IMG/VR virus record: IMGVR_UViG_3300042387_002391
Source: a virus
Length of the DNA: 64,000 nt
Reading direction: 5' to 3' (one strand)
The notes beneath the pieces were generated by a model that ran no database searches, was not told where the DNA came from, and saw nothing but the letters and a program-made list of their open reading frames with translations. How positions within the stretch are numbered: the stretch's first letter is position 1; each line of letters begins with the position of its first letter. Position numbers and translations under genes: made by a program. This document shows positions 46,765 to 55,427 of the stretch, one piece after another.

Positions 46765-48118
46765 TGATCAGGTTATTTAGCGCGTTTTCTGCTCCTTTGA
46801 CAACACTCTCTGTAGAAGGACCATCTTCTTCAAAATAGTCTTTATTAGTTTCTTTCAGAGTAAGAGTATTGTAGTTGCATTTAAAGGCAGCACTTCCAAA
46901 GTTTGGACCGAAACGGTTTTTTTGTAAACCCATGTTAATGATTCCTAGCTCAATGTCCTCCTCTTCTCTCCACAAAGAGCAGATCAAGTCAGCTGTAGAT
47001 GCAATTCCTATACTGTCTGCAATTCCTTCCATTCCTGGAGACGAAGTATTAAAATTTCCGCGATTTAGCTGAGTGGCGCTAACGCAAGGCAGATTGAATT
47101 CAAATGCTAAAGCTCTTAATTGTTCTGCTATTTCTTTAATTGATTCGTACGAATTTAAACCTTTACTGACAGGTTGAATTAAATTAATGTAGTCAATTAC
47201 TATGACGTCAGGTATAAATCCTTTGTGTTTAAGTTTTTTGAGATACGAACTAATCTGACGAACAGTAACCGTTTTTGGAGGATATTCTTTGATTATCAAA
47301 CGGCTAGATAAATTTTTTTCAATGTGTTTGATTTGCTCCTTTAGTTCTATAGTAAATGTCTTCAGATCATTATGTGGAATTTGCGACATTTGCGCACTAA
47401 TTCTCTTGGCATACATAAACTCAGACATTTCCAAAGAGATCAACAGAACGTTTTTATTTTGCAGTAATAGATTAGTTGCAATGTTACCAAGAACAATCGA
47501 CTTTCCGACGTTCACTTGACCTGCAAATATCGTAAGCGTCTTTGGAAAAAGTCCTCCTTCTGTCCTATCATCCAAAAACTTCCAGCCTGTAGGAATTGGA
47601 TTGTAAGTCGTCGTTAATTCTTTAACGTGCTTATCGATATCTTCAAAATACCAGTGACCAAGATTTTCCTTTAAAGTAATATTATAAGCCTTTTCAAAAT
47701 CTACAAGAACCTCTTCAATCTTAAAAGAATTATCTGAAAATTTCTCAGCAACGTTTAGAATAGTTTTATAAACAAACCTTTCTTTAAGAAATTTTTCTGT
47801 ATTAGCAATCAGTTCGTCTTTATTATAAGAAGAATCTAGCTGAGCCAAACGAGGCTTTAAATCAGCAAGAGCTTTTCTATCCTCGTCTGAAGTCAGCCTT
47901 GCTTTTATTTCTGTTACTGAAGGAACTACACCATGCTGCGTAAAAAACTCTGCTACCTTTCCAACAATTTTACCAATATTTTTATCATTAAAAAAAGAAG
48001 GATCCAGATAACTTATAATTGAGCTCAAATACTCTTGATCAGCAAGAGCATTGAGCAACAATATATTTTCAAAATAATCTAAATCAACTTTTGGAGCTGG
48101 AGATTGCTTATCACTCAT
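46754..48118 (-). CDS. replicative helicase (T4 gp41/DnaB-like)
   Basis: AGQVNVGKS, SLEM, IDY, SATQLNR, KNRFG. Confidence 0.95.
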   Translation of the reverse strand: MSDKQSPAPKVDLDYFENILLLNALADQEYLSSIISYLDPSFFNDKNIGKIVGKVAEFFTQHGVVPSVTEIKARLTSDEDRKALADLKPRLAQLDSSYNKDELIANTEKFLKERFVYKTILNVAEKFSDNSFKIEEVLVDFEKAYNITLKENLGHWYFEDIDKHVKELTTTYNPIPTGWKFLDDRTEGGLFPKTLTIFAGQVNVGKSIVLGNIATNLLLQNKNVLLISLEMSEFMYAKRISAQMSQIPHNDLKTFTIELKEQIKHIEKNLSSRLIIKEYPPKTVTVRQISSYLKKLKHKGFIPDVIVIDYINLIQPVSKGLNSYESIKEIAEQLRALAFEFNLPCVSATQLNRGNFNTSSPGMEGIADSIGIASTADLICSLWREEEDIELGIINMGLQKNRFGPNFGSAAFKCNYNTLTLKETNKDYFEEDGPSTESVVKGAENALNNLINEE

Positions 48119-49272
48119 TCAGAATCATCTTCGCTGGATTCTTCGTCGCTGTCAACAATACTTTCTTCAGACTCGTTTTTAAAACAAAGTTCTTTTTGCA
48201 GCTTTGCCTCAAGGACTGGCAAGATCTTATTCCAAATTGCTTCATCGTCCTTAAAATCTTTAAAGTAACCAAGCATTTCGCCATTAAGAGCATAACGATG
48301 TCCTTGCTTTTCAAGCACTCCGTAACCCTCTGCCATTTCAAGTAATCCCGAAAATTTATTCAAACCTGTTCGGAAGTTCAAATACATTTCAATTTCAAGA
48401 AAAGGCGTAACAAAACGGTTTTTGGTAGTGAATGCTCTCAGAGTTACACCATTAATTCCTTTTGCAAGAAAGGTCATTTCTGAATTTGCGTCTTTATTTT
48501 TAGTGTCTTCTGCTCGCTCTGTCTTCTTTGCAAGCTGAACAATTACAGAAGCCATATACAAAGGACCAGATCCACCTGCTTGCTTTTTAATAGCACTCGG
48601 ATGCAGCTGAGACGGATCCTCATAAATGTGATTAGTAAATACGACTGGACAGTTTGCCTTTGCAGCGGCATGAGTAATTGCTCGCATCAGACTTTTGAGT
48701 TGTCTTGCTCTGTTGCCCATATCCACGGTTTCTGCACCTTCGTCGATTTTCTTTTTCTCTTGTGCAGTAATCAAATTTCCCAATGAATCAATAACAACCA
48801 AGACTTTGCCTTGCAATTTGCTTTGAACGATCGTATCCAAGAATTGAACAATCTCATTTCGACATTGTTCTGTAATTTCAGAAGGCACGTGCTTAATTTT
48901 TTTAGTGTCGCAACCAAGACGCTCTGCGGTTGCTTGATCAAGTGCTCCCTCAGTATCAAAGTAGGCAACATACATTCCTTTCTTTTGAGCATTGGCCATA
49001 ATTTTGTTAGCCAAAACGGTCTTACCGCAACTTTCCGCACCAATTAATGCTGTGAGACGCCCCATTGGAATGCCTCCATAAAGCGATCCGGAAACGATTG
49101 CATTGAGGGCATAAGAGCCTGTATCAATCCATTCATTAACCGTAGACAAGCTATTGCCATCCAAAAATGCTGCATTTGAATTTAGTTTATCAAGAACTTT
49201 AAAAGCATCTTGAATTGAACCTACTGATGAATCTTCTACTTCCTCTTCGTTAGTTTTTTTAGTTTTAGCCAT
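48115..49272 (-). CDS. uvsX: RecA-like recombinase
   Basis: DTGSYALN, GAESCGKT, DTEG, IDSLG, KNRF. Confidence 0.93.
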   Translation of the reverse strand: MAKTKKTNEEEVEDSSVGSIQDAFKVLDKLNSNAAFLDGNSLSTVNEWIDTGSYALNAIVSGSLYGGIPMGRLTALIGAESCGKTVLANKIMANAQKKGMYVAYFDTEGALDQATAERLGCDTKKIKHVPSEITEQCRNEIVQFLDTIVQSKLQGKVLVVIDSLGNLITAQEKKKIDEGAETVDMGNRARQLKSLMRAITHAAAKANCPVVFTNHIYEDPSQLHPSAIKKQAGGSGPLYMASVIVQLAKKTERAEDTKNKDANSEMTFLAKGINGVTLRAFTTKNRFVTPFLEIEMYLNFRTGLNKFSGLLEMAEGYGVLEKQGHRYALNGEMLGYFKDFKDDEAIWNKILPVLEAKLQKELCFKNESEESIVDSDEESSEDDSE

Positions 49273-49320
49273 ATGTTTTCTCTATAAGAATCTTGTATTT
49301 TTAGAATTTTTCAACAAAAG

Positions 49321-49350
49321 AAAAAGGAGAGTTTTGGACTCTCCTTTTTT
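49321..49350 (-). terminator. intrinsic terminator
   Basis: AAAAAGGAGAGT-TTTGG-ACTCTCCTTTTT. Confidence 0.85.
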
Positions 49351-49375
49351 AGCAGTTGACTCTTAACTAAAGTTT

Positions 49376-49738
49376 TTATTCATCGTCAAACAATTTCACT
49401 ACGTCAGCACTTTTCTGTTGAGCAGGCTGCGGAGGTGCAAAAAGCTGATCATACTGAGCAGCAAATTGAAAAGCAAAAGGAATTGAATCGCTGAGAGTAA
49501 TATTTGCCTTATTAAAGTGCCATACCGTTGGTTGACCTTTATCTGCTTGAAATTCCTTGAAAAACAAGGGAAGAATTTGAAGCTGGAGTTGGTTTGTTTG
49601 TGAATTTGGTTGGATATGAACCAGAGCAGGATTCTCAATAGTCAGAGTGGTCTCTGTTTGCTTAATTGCTTTTCCGATGACTGTTCGTCCGATTGTATCG
49701 AGGAACACTGTTAGTTCTTTGTTGGTTGTTTCACTCAT
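49376..49738 (-). CDS. conserved hypothetical protein (Sm-like fold possible)
   Basis: GRTVIG...IENPA; C-terminal VVKLFDDE. Confidence 0.75.
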   Translation of the reverse strand: MSETTNKELTVFLDTIGRTVIGKAIKQTETTLTIENPALVHIQPNSQTNQLQLQILPLFFKEFQADKGQPTVWHFNKANITLSDSIPFAFQFAAQYDQLFAPPQPAQQKSADVVKLFDDE

Positions 49739-50100
49739 AATTTGTAAGCCTTGACCTTCTTTGATTTTTTAGAAAGTTCAACAACCTGCGTGACATAAAG
49801 CAAAACTTTTTCTCCTTTCGGAGTTAGCATAATTCTGTCATCCGAAGCAATCCAAATCAGATCATAAACTTCGAGCATGTACATAAAATCTCCGGCAAGG
49901 TCGCAAGTAATATAATCAACAAGATAACAATCCTCATTTACAATACTTTTTAAAGTATCATAGAGCTCTTGATAGGAAAGAGCTTGAAGAATTTGTTCTG
50001 CAGAGTACACAAAGGTAATTAGTTCACATTCCAAACATTTCAAAAAGATCTGTCTGAACTTCTTTTCCAATTTGCGGTAAAGACCATCCAATTGCTTCAT
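49735..50100 (-). CDS. hypothetical protein
   Basis: C-terminal winged-helix-like LTPKGEKVL; start uncertain. Confidence 0.55.
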   Translation of the reverse strand: MKQLDGLYRKLEKKFRQIFLKCLECELITFVYSAEQILQALSYQELYDTLKSIVNEDCYLVDYITCDLAGDFMYMLEVYDLIWIASDDRIMLTPKGEKVLLYVTQVVELSKKSKKVKAYKL

Positions 50101-51637
50101 ATAAGCGCTCAGTTGGTTGCGTGACTAATTTTGCAAACATCCTATCCCAATCTGGCTTCAGACCAAATTCTAAAGGAAGTGTCGAAACGTATGTAATTGC
50201 GTCCAAACCGTATTTGTTCTTTGTGCAATATAACTTCTTAACTTTCTGTCCAGTCTGAATTGCTTCAAATTTATCATCAATTTTAAACTCTTTAATAAGA
50301 ATATTATAAGCAATTGCTCCTTTGACATGAGAAGGAGTTTTATTTGCAAATTTGTAGAGCGATGATCCTTCTGCATATTTGTCGAGATTGTTAATAGAAG
50401 TTCTGGCAGCAACATCATTAGGATCAAGATTCAAAAATTCATTATAACCTTCTCTATAAACTTCGTTGGTTTGCTTTATATTTTGAGTAAGAAGTGCTGT
50501 TTGAATAATTTTTTCAATAAACTTCTTAACTTTCTTCGGAGTTGTTGAGCGAACAAGTTCAATTCCTGTATATTTAAATTTATCTACAGCAACGCCCTCT
50601 TCATCAAGAACGTGAAGAACATATCGCTTCTTTTGCAAGAATATTCCAACATCCGAAATAACTTCTCTCTTGAAAACATATCGAGGATCAACTGAAAATA
50701 ATTCTTTCCTAGCCCACTCGAGAATTTCTGTATTGACTACTTTATCGAGTTCATCAACAATTTCATGAACCTTTTCATTAACCTTTCCATCAATTGTAAG
50801 AGGAATGTTTTGCTTTTGGAGAATTGGATCAATTGTTATATAAACAGAATTATGAACAAGAATGTCATTAGCAAAGAAAGTATGCTCTGTGTCATCTGCC
50901 ATTTCAATATCATAAACATATTCATCTTCAAACTCTCCAATGTGTTCTACTGAAGTAATATCAACAATTAAAGGGGTTCTGTTTACATTTACAACAAATT
51001 TATCAGTATCTTTGCAAACTTGCTTTGGAGGCAATCTCAACAAAGTATTGTCTCTCCAAACCATGCAACCATGATCTTCTGTCATTATTACTTCGTTGCC
51101 ATTTGCACAAACTTTATATTTGCCTTTTGAAACTTTGTGACGAATGAGCTTTTTTATTTTTCCAAAAACAATTTCGTGATTTTCGGAATTATAAGTCAAA
51201 CATTGCAAATCGATGTCAGAAACATCCAAAATTTCATGACCAAATTGTGAGAGGTCTGTTGGACTGTTTTTGAATTTTTCATACAAGTCACCAATGCAAA
51301 TATCCCCTTTATTAGTGGTTATAACAGTGCTAAAAATTTCACTGTCCGTATCGCCATATTTGGTAACTGACTCAGAAATGCCGTATTTTTCTCTTACAAA
51401 ATTGTCAAGAATGTTTCCTCCAGCCTTGGCAACGCTTTGGCCAGTTGCTGTAATAGATGAGGCATGATCCAAGTCCATCAAAGACGAGTGTTTGTTAGAC
51501 GTGACACCATAGGCGCTGTTCAAGAGCACCTTCAAAGCGGCATTAAGATTGTTGTAGTGGGTTATACTCCATACCATTTTCTTCTCTAATTCCTTCAACT
51601 CTTCTAGAGTCATTTCTTGATAGGATTTTTTTGTCAT
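50024..51637 (-). CDS. family B DNA polymerase fragment 3 (fingers C-helix, palm, thumb; with mini-intein)
   Basis: KVLLNSAYG, YGDTD|..|SVY, KKRY, GIELVRS, C-terminal clamp-binding DLFEMF. Confidence 0.95.
   Translation of the reverse strand: MTKKSYQEMTLEELKELEKKMVWSITHYNNLNAALKVLLNSAYGVTSNKHSSLMDLDHASSITATGQSVAKAGGNILDNFVREKYGISESVTKYGDTDSEIFSTVITTNKGDICIGDLYEKFKNSPTDLSQFGHEILDVSDIDLQCLTYNSENHEIVFGKIKKLIRHKVSKGKYKVCANGNEVIMTEDHGCMVWRDNTLLRLPPKQVCKDTDKFVVNVNRTPLIVDITSVEHIGEFEDEYVYDIEMADDTEHTFFANDILVHNSVYITIDPILQKQNIPLTIDGKVNEKVHEIVDELDKVVNTEILEWARKELFSVDPRYVFKREVISDVGIFLQKKRYVLHVLDEEGVAVDKFKYTGIELVRSTTPKKVKKFIEKIIQTALLTQNIKQTNEVYREGYNEFLNLDPNDVAARTSINNLDKYAEGSSLYKFANKTPSHVKGAIAYNILIKEFKIDDKFEAIQTGQKVKKLYCTKNKYGLDAITYVSTLPLEFGLKPDWDRMFAKLVTQPTERLYEAIGWSLPQIGKEVQTDLFEMFGM
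50849..51343 (-). mobile_element. contiguous Ser1/Ser+1 mini-intein (165 aa) at YGDTD|S
   Basis: SEIFST...LIRHKV...TEDH...VYDIEM...FFANDILVHN|S. Confidence 0.93.
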
Positions 51638-52850
51638 ATGGTTCAAAATATTTTAAGTCTTCGTCTGTTAAATTTAACACGATGTCGATTACTCGTTCGT
51701 CTTCTATCTTAGCATTCTTTTTCTTATTTTCTACTGAAGTTAACATTTGTAGGTTTTTAAAGTGTGACATTTTTTGGGGATCAATGTCGTGCTCAAAGCC
51801 GTAAATTTTAGGTAGAACATGGTCTATGTGAAACTTCTTTAATCCTCTCGGAAGATTGTCGGGATTAATAACATTTCTGTGGAGTCTATATGATATGGTC
51901 GTATAATACTCTACTAAAAATTTGTATTCTGCCCACTTTTCAGGATCTCTATGTTTTCTATTGCTTAGTCCTGTATATGTCCATCTACATCTTTCGCTAC
52001 AAAAATCACGATAACCTGTATTAAGCGTTTTAAACTCACAAGGCTTATTGCAAAAAAGACATTCGTCAGGTTTATCTTTTTCATACATGAAAAGATGATA
52101 CGATTCAGGTTTTGTTTTTGCTGGATATTCTTTTACAATTTTCGAATGAATTGAAGGAAAGTAATGTTCTACGAAATACGTCATCGAACAATAATCGATC
52201 TTATTGAGCTCTGTAATAAATTCGTGCAAGTTTTTCTCATCGTGTTTGTTAGCAAATTCTGCAAGTGCTTGATATGAGTATCCCACCGACAATGTTTGAA
52301 ACTGCAAGTGTTTGCCGTTGCAAATTATTGGTTCTATATCATGATAATAACAGTAAAGAGCTTCCCTGTTATGTTTGCATTTTTTTCTAATTTCTTTGAG
52401 TTTTTTGTATTCGTCAGGAAAGGCTAGTTTAGCAACATCGATCAATTGTACTCCTGAAAGTTTATTGTCAGCGCATACCTTTATTATGTCTTTCAGCGAA
52501 CTTTTGTTGTTGGTATTTTCGATGAGAACATGCACATTAACGTTTTTCCAAACATACTTGGTGGAAACTATAATGTCGTTATAAATCAACGGTGTATAAT
52601 TTTTTTCTGTAAAAGAAATTTTTTTAAACTCGCCGCTTACGGTTTTATAGTACACTGTCTTTCCTTCAACCTTTTTCCAAAGATCCGGATAATCTGATTT
52701 AATCTTAGCAAAACTATCTTTGGTGTAGTTTGCGTTAATAAATTTTCTTGGAGTAGAAAGAGTTTTTGTAATCAACTCTACCAACTCATTATTTTCTTCA
52801 GAACTTCCGTAAGTAGGGTTTTCGCTATTGTTACTATTATCAATTATCAT
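51543..52850 (-). CDS. free-standing HNH homing endonuclease
   Basis: C-terminal HIDHVLP...NLQML..ENKKKN; CLFC..FCSERC. Confidence 0.82.
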   Translation of the reverse strand: MIIDNSNNSENPTYGSSEENNELVELITKTLSTPRKFINANYTKDSFAKIKSDYPDLWKKVEGKTVYYKTVSGEFKKISFTEKNYTPLIYNDIIVSTKYVWKNVNVHVLIENTNNKSSLKDIIKVCADNKLSGVQLIDVAKLAFPDEYKKLKEIRKKCKHNREALYCYYHDIEPIICNGKHLQFQTLSVGYSYQALAEFANKHDEKNLHEFITELNKIDYCSMTYFVEHYFPSIHSKIVKEYPAKTKPESYHLFMYEKDKPDECLFCNKPCEFKTLNTGYRDFCSERCRWTYTGLSNRKHRDPEKWAEYKFLVEYYTTISYRLHRNVINPDNLPRGLKKFHIDHVLPKIYGFEHDIDPQKMSHFKNLQMLTSVENKKKNAKIEDERVIDIVLNLTDEDLKYFEPYDKKILSRNDSRRVEGIREENGMEYNPLQQS

Positions 52851-52866
52851 GATAATAGTATTTATG
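52832..52866 (-). promoter_or_regulatory. late-type promoter overlapping an 11-bp hairpin that buries the HNH start codon
   Basis: CATAAATA (52866-52859); TACTATTATCA/TGATAATAGTA inverted repeat. Confidence 0.7.
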
Positions 52867-52874
52867 CTATAAAT

Positions 52875-54167
52875 TTATTTTTCTTTGGATTTAATAGCCT
52901 TTTTGATTTTGGCGAGCTCTTGCTTAAAATAATTCATCTGATCCTTACTTTCTACACGCTCTTTGTAGATCTGATCGATTAGATTTGGAAGAATACCTTT
53001 GGTTTTTTGACTATACAATACTCCAGCCTTAGTGAGTGCTACATTTTCTTTGACTAGGAATTCTTTAAATTTTTGTCCCGAAAGCGTATGAATCTTGCCA
53101 TTCAAAAGCCTTATCGAAATTTCTCCTTTTGGATCATTAGCAATATTCCCGAAATCTCCTTGAACAACTTTCCCTAATTTTGTTTCTGGAGAAATGTTTA
53201 ATGTAATAATAGTATTGGGATATAGTGAATTAACGTCAAAACTCACAATCGACTTTTGAATACCTCTTTCTGGATCTCTTACAAACCCTCCTTCAAAAGC
53301 TTCTCTGTCAAGATTGTTCGGAAAGGTGGGAATAACCATTCCTTGTTTATGAGCCTGAATAGCAACTGCTCCCGTAACAACTGCAACTTTTCCGAGGGCT
53401 GCTTCAAAATTTGTGCATCCCTTATAAGCAATCATTCTAGCAATTTCCAAGAATTTGAGCTTTTCTTCAAGCTTTACGAGCAAATGCACATCTTGAATAT
53501 TGTAATCTACAAACAATTTCCAGTCTGTATGAGCCAATTCACCTAAGCTAACTGCATTATAAGCAATCTTTCCTTCTCCGAGTTCAAGTTCAGCAATATA
53601 ATTTAAACTAAACGATTCTTTCTCTCCAGGCGAAAAGGCTTTATAAAGATCCATGTAATCAATCAAAGACACTCCGCTAATCGACCATACAGTAATTTCT
53701 TTACCCATGTCAGTAAAGACTTTCCTTCCTCTCACATTTCCAACTGGCGACAACTGTTTTACGAAGTCGTCGCCAAAAATTCTCGTAAATCGATTAATGA
53801 TATAAGGAAAGTCAAACCCAGAAGAATTCCAACCTGAAGCAATATCTGGATAATCGCTCTTCCAAAAATCTACAAATTGCAAGATCAAATCTTGCTCATC
53901 CTTACATCTGTGATAAATGCAATCAGGAAGAGTTGGAGTATATTGCTCCTTAAGTCCCCAAGTATGAGTTGCTTTGGTTAAGGTATCATAAATTGTTATC
54001 AAATTGATAGGAACGGCTGCTCTCTCAGGAACTGGGAACTGTCCTCTCTTTGCGTAACAAGTTTGAGAGTAGCTAACCCATTTGTGCTGTTCTTCATCAT
54101 ACACCTCATATTCTTCTTTATCAGAAAGTGTTAAAAAATTTTCTATGCTAATTTGTTGTTCTGTCAT
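52875..54167 (-). CDS. family B DNA polymerase fragment 2 (exonuclease II/III, motif A, fingers N-helix)
   Basis: FPVP, GWNSSGFD, YNIQD, EGGFV, FDVNSLYP. Confidence 0.95.
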   Translation of the reverse strand: MTEQQISIENFLTLSDKEEYEVYDEEQHKWVSYSQTCYAKRGQFPVPERAAVPINLITIYDTLTKATHTWGLKEQYTPTLPDCIYHRCKDEQDLILQFVDFWKSDYPDIASGWNSSGFDFPYIINRFTRIFGDDFVKQLSPVGNVRGRKVFTDMGKEITVWSISGVSLIDYMDLYKAFSPGEKESFSLNYIAELELGEGKIAYNAVSLGELAHTDWKLFVDYNIQDVHLLVKLEEKLKFLEIARMIAYKGCTNFEAALGKVAVVTGAVAIQAHKQGMVIPTFPNNLDREAFEGGFVRDPERGIQKSIVSFDVNSLYPNTIITLNISPETKLGKVVQGDFGNIANDPKGEISIRLLNGKIHTLSGQKFKEFLVKENVALTKAGVLYSQKTKGILPNLIDQIYKERVESKDQMNYFKQELAKIKKAIKSKEK

Positions 54168-54948
54168 ATGAATATCTGTTGCGATAAGTAATCATTCTGC
54201 TTCTAGCTTTAGGATTAATGGTCAATAAATATGCCTCAAATTCTTTCTCACTCATTTTTCCTAAACGTTCTGTTAGAATCTGTGGCTGATTTGTCTTTTT
54301 TCCTTTTGATATATTAGCTCCACGTTTCTTATGGTCAACGTTTTTGTTGTGAAGAGAATTTAAGCATCTTTGAATTTTTTGTTCAGGTGTCAACGTTTGA
54401 ATAAAGGTTTTAAGAGTGTTGCTGACATTTTTATATTTTTCTTCTTTCGTAATTTTTGGCTTTTGTACTTTAGGAGCATAATTATGTCCAAACAAATACT
54501 TGCTTTGTTTTTGCTTGACAGGGTTTCCGCACCCACAACAACACAGCGGCAGAGGATCCTTGGGAGGTCTTGGTTTAGATAACATTGCTTCTCTTATTTT
54601 TTGCCTTACTTCAGGACACTTGGTTGGGTGATTTTTAGCAAATTCGATGCGCGCAATCTCAAATTGTTTGCTGTTAAAAAATCGCTGGTGGTGATTCTTT
54701 GAACACATTTTATTGAATGCTGAGGCCAGCTTGCTTCTCACTTGTATCGAGTCGTTTTGATGAATTTTGCATAACAATCTGTGTATTAGAAAGTGTTCTC
54801 TTGCCGTAAGTTTGACTAAATTGTCGCGATCATTTGTTCCGCCTAAACATTTTGGTAAAATGTGATGTTTTTCGTAGTATTGGCCACTTATTGTTTGTCT
54901 GGATTTAGATCTTTCAATAATCGAGTCGTGCACATTTTTATAATTCAT
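54148..54948 (-). CDS. free-standing HNH homing endonuclease (Mob-like, NUMOD-like C-terminus)
   Basis: YYEKHHILPKCLGG..NLVKLTAREHFLIHRLL. Confidence 0.9.
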   Translation of the reverse strand: MNYKNVHDSIIERSKSRQTISGQYYEKHHILPKCLGGTNDRDNLVKLTAREHFLIHRLLCKIHQNDSIQVRSKLASAFNKMCSKNHHQRFFNSKQFEIARIEFAKNHPTKCPEVRQKIREAMLSKPRPPKDPLPLCCCGCGNPVKQKQSKYLFGHNYAPKVQKPKITKEEKYKNVSNTLKTFIQTLTPEQKIQRCLNSLHNKNVDHKKRGANISKGKKTNQPQILTERLGKMSEKEFEAYLLTINPKARSRMITYRNRYSYDRTTN

Positions 54949-54951
54949 ATG

Positions 54952-54974
54952 TGCGTTTACTTAATCTAAACGCA
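54952..54974 (-). promoter_or_regulatory. hairpin containing late-type motif just upstream of HNH ATG
   Basis: TGCGTTTA-GATTAAG-TAAACGCA, ending 3 nt before ATG. Confidence 0.65.
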
Positions 54975-54994
54975 ACATCTACCTCGATATCAAA

Positions 54995-55396
54995 TCATGT
55001 TTGCCGTTTTCTAATCTTGATTTTGTGTGATTTTGGATATGATGAGGTATCAACTTCAATATCCAACAAAAATACTTTCAAAGGAAATTGCGAAAAGGTT
55101 GGATCTCCATTCTGCTCCTTATACATATCAATAAGGAATTGCTGTTCTGGTCCAAGATTATGAAAGATTCTTTTGTTAGCTGTGTTGTCTACAAACTTCT
55201 TGCGCTCTAAACTATTCTTAAAAGTCTTCTTCATCAAAGAAGTCTTGAAAATCGATACAGCATCTTCTGCACCATCCTTCTCAAGATACAAAAACGGACG
55301 AAAAGGAATCTCTGTATCAATTCTCTGACCATCTTCTGTCCAAGTTCTCAAGAAGACCGATTCATTAAAAGGATTGTAGGAAGCAGCGCGATACAT
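54995..55396 (-). CDS. family B DNA polymerase fragment 1 (N-terminal domain + ExoI)
   Basis: MYR..W..DG.R...PFRPFLY; FLLDIEV, then 16 aa tail. Confidence 0.9.
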   Translation of the reverse strand: MYRAASYNPFNESVFLRTWTEDGQRIDTEIPFRPFLYLEKDGAEDAVSIFKTSLMKKTFKNSLERKKFVDNTANKRIFHNLGPEQQFLIDMYKEQNGDPTFSQFPLKVFLLDIEVDTSSYPKSHKIKIRKRQT

Positions 55397-55427
55397 GCTT
55401 CCTACAATATACTAAACCAAACTAAAA

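Noticed and set aside
51543-54994. Group I introns explaining the polymerase breaks
   Set aside because: The HNH ORFs abut or overlap the polymerase fragments (24-46 nt gaps upstream, overlaps downstream), leaving no room for a ribozyme core, and no P7-like motifs were seen.
54930-54997. Readthrough or ribosomal bypass at the fragment 1 TGA
   Set aside because: Readthrough hits TAA after 18 codons, and a bypass to fragment 2 would need about 830 nt; no support.
54050-55045. Canonical split intein at the ExoI break
   Set aside because: The fragment 2 head is only about 38 aa and lacks TxxH, block F and HN; kept only as an intein-remnant hypothesis.
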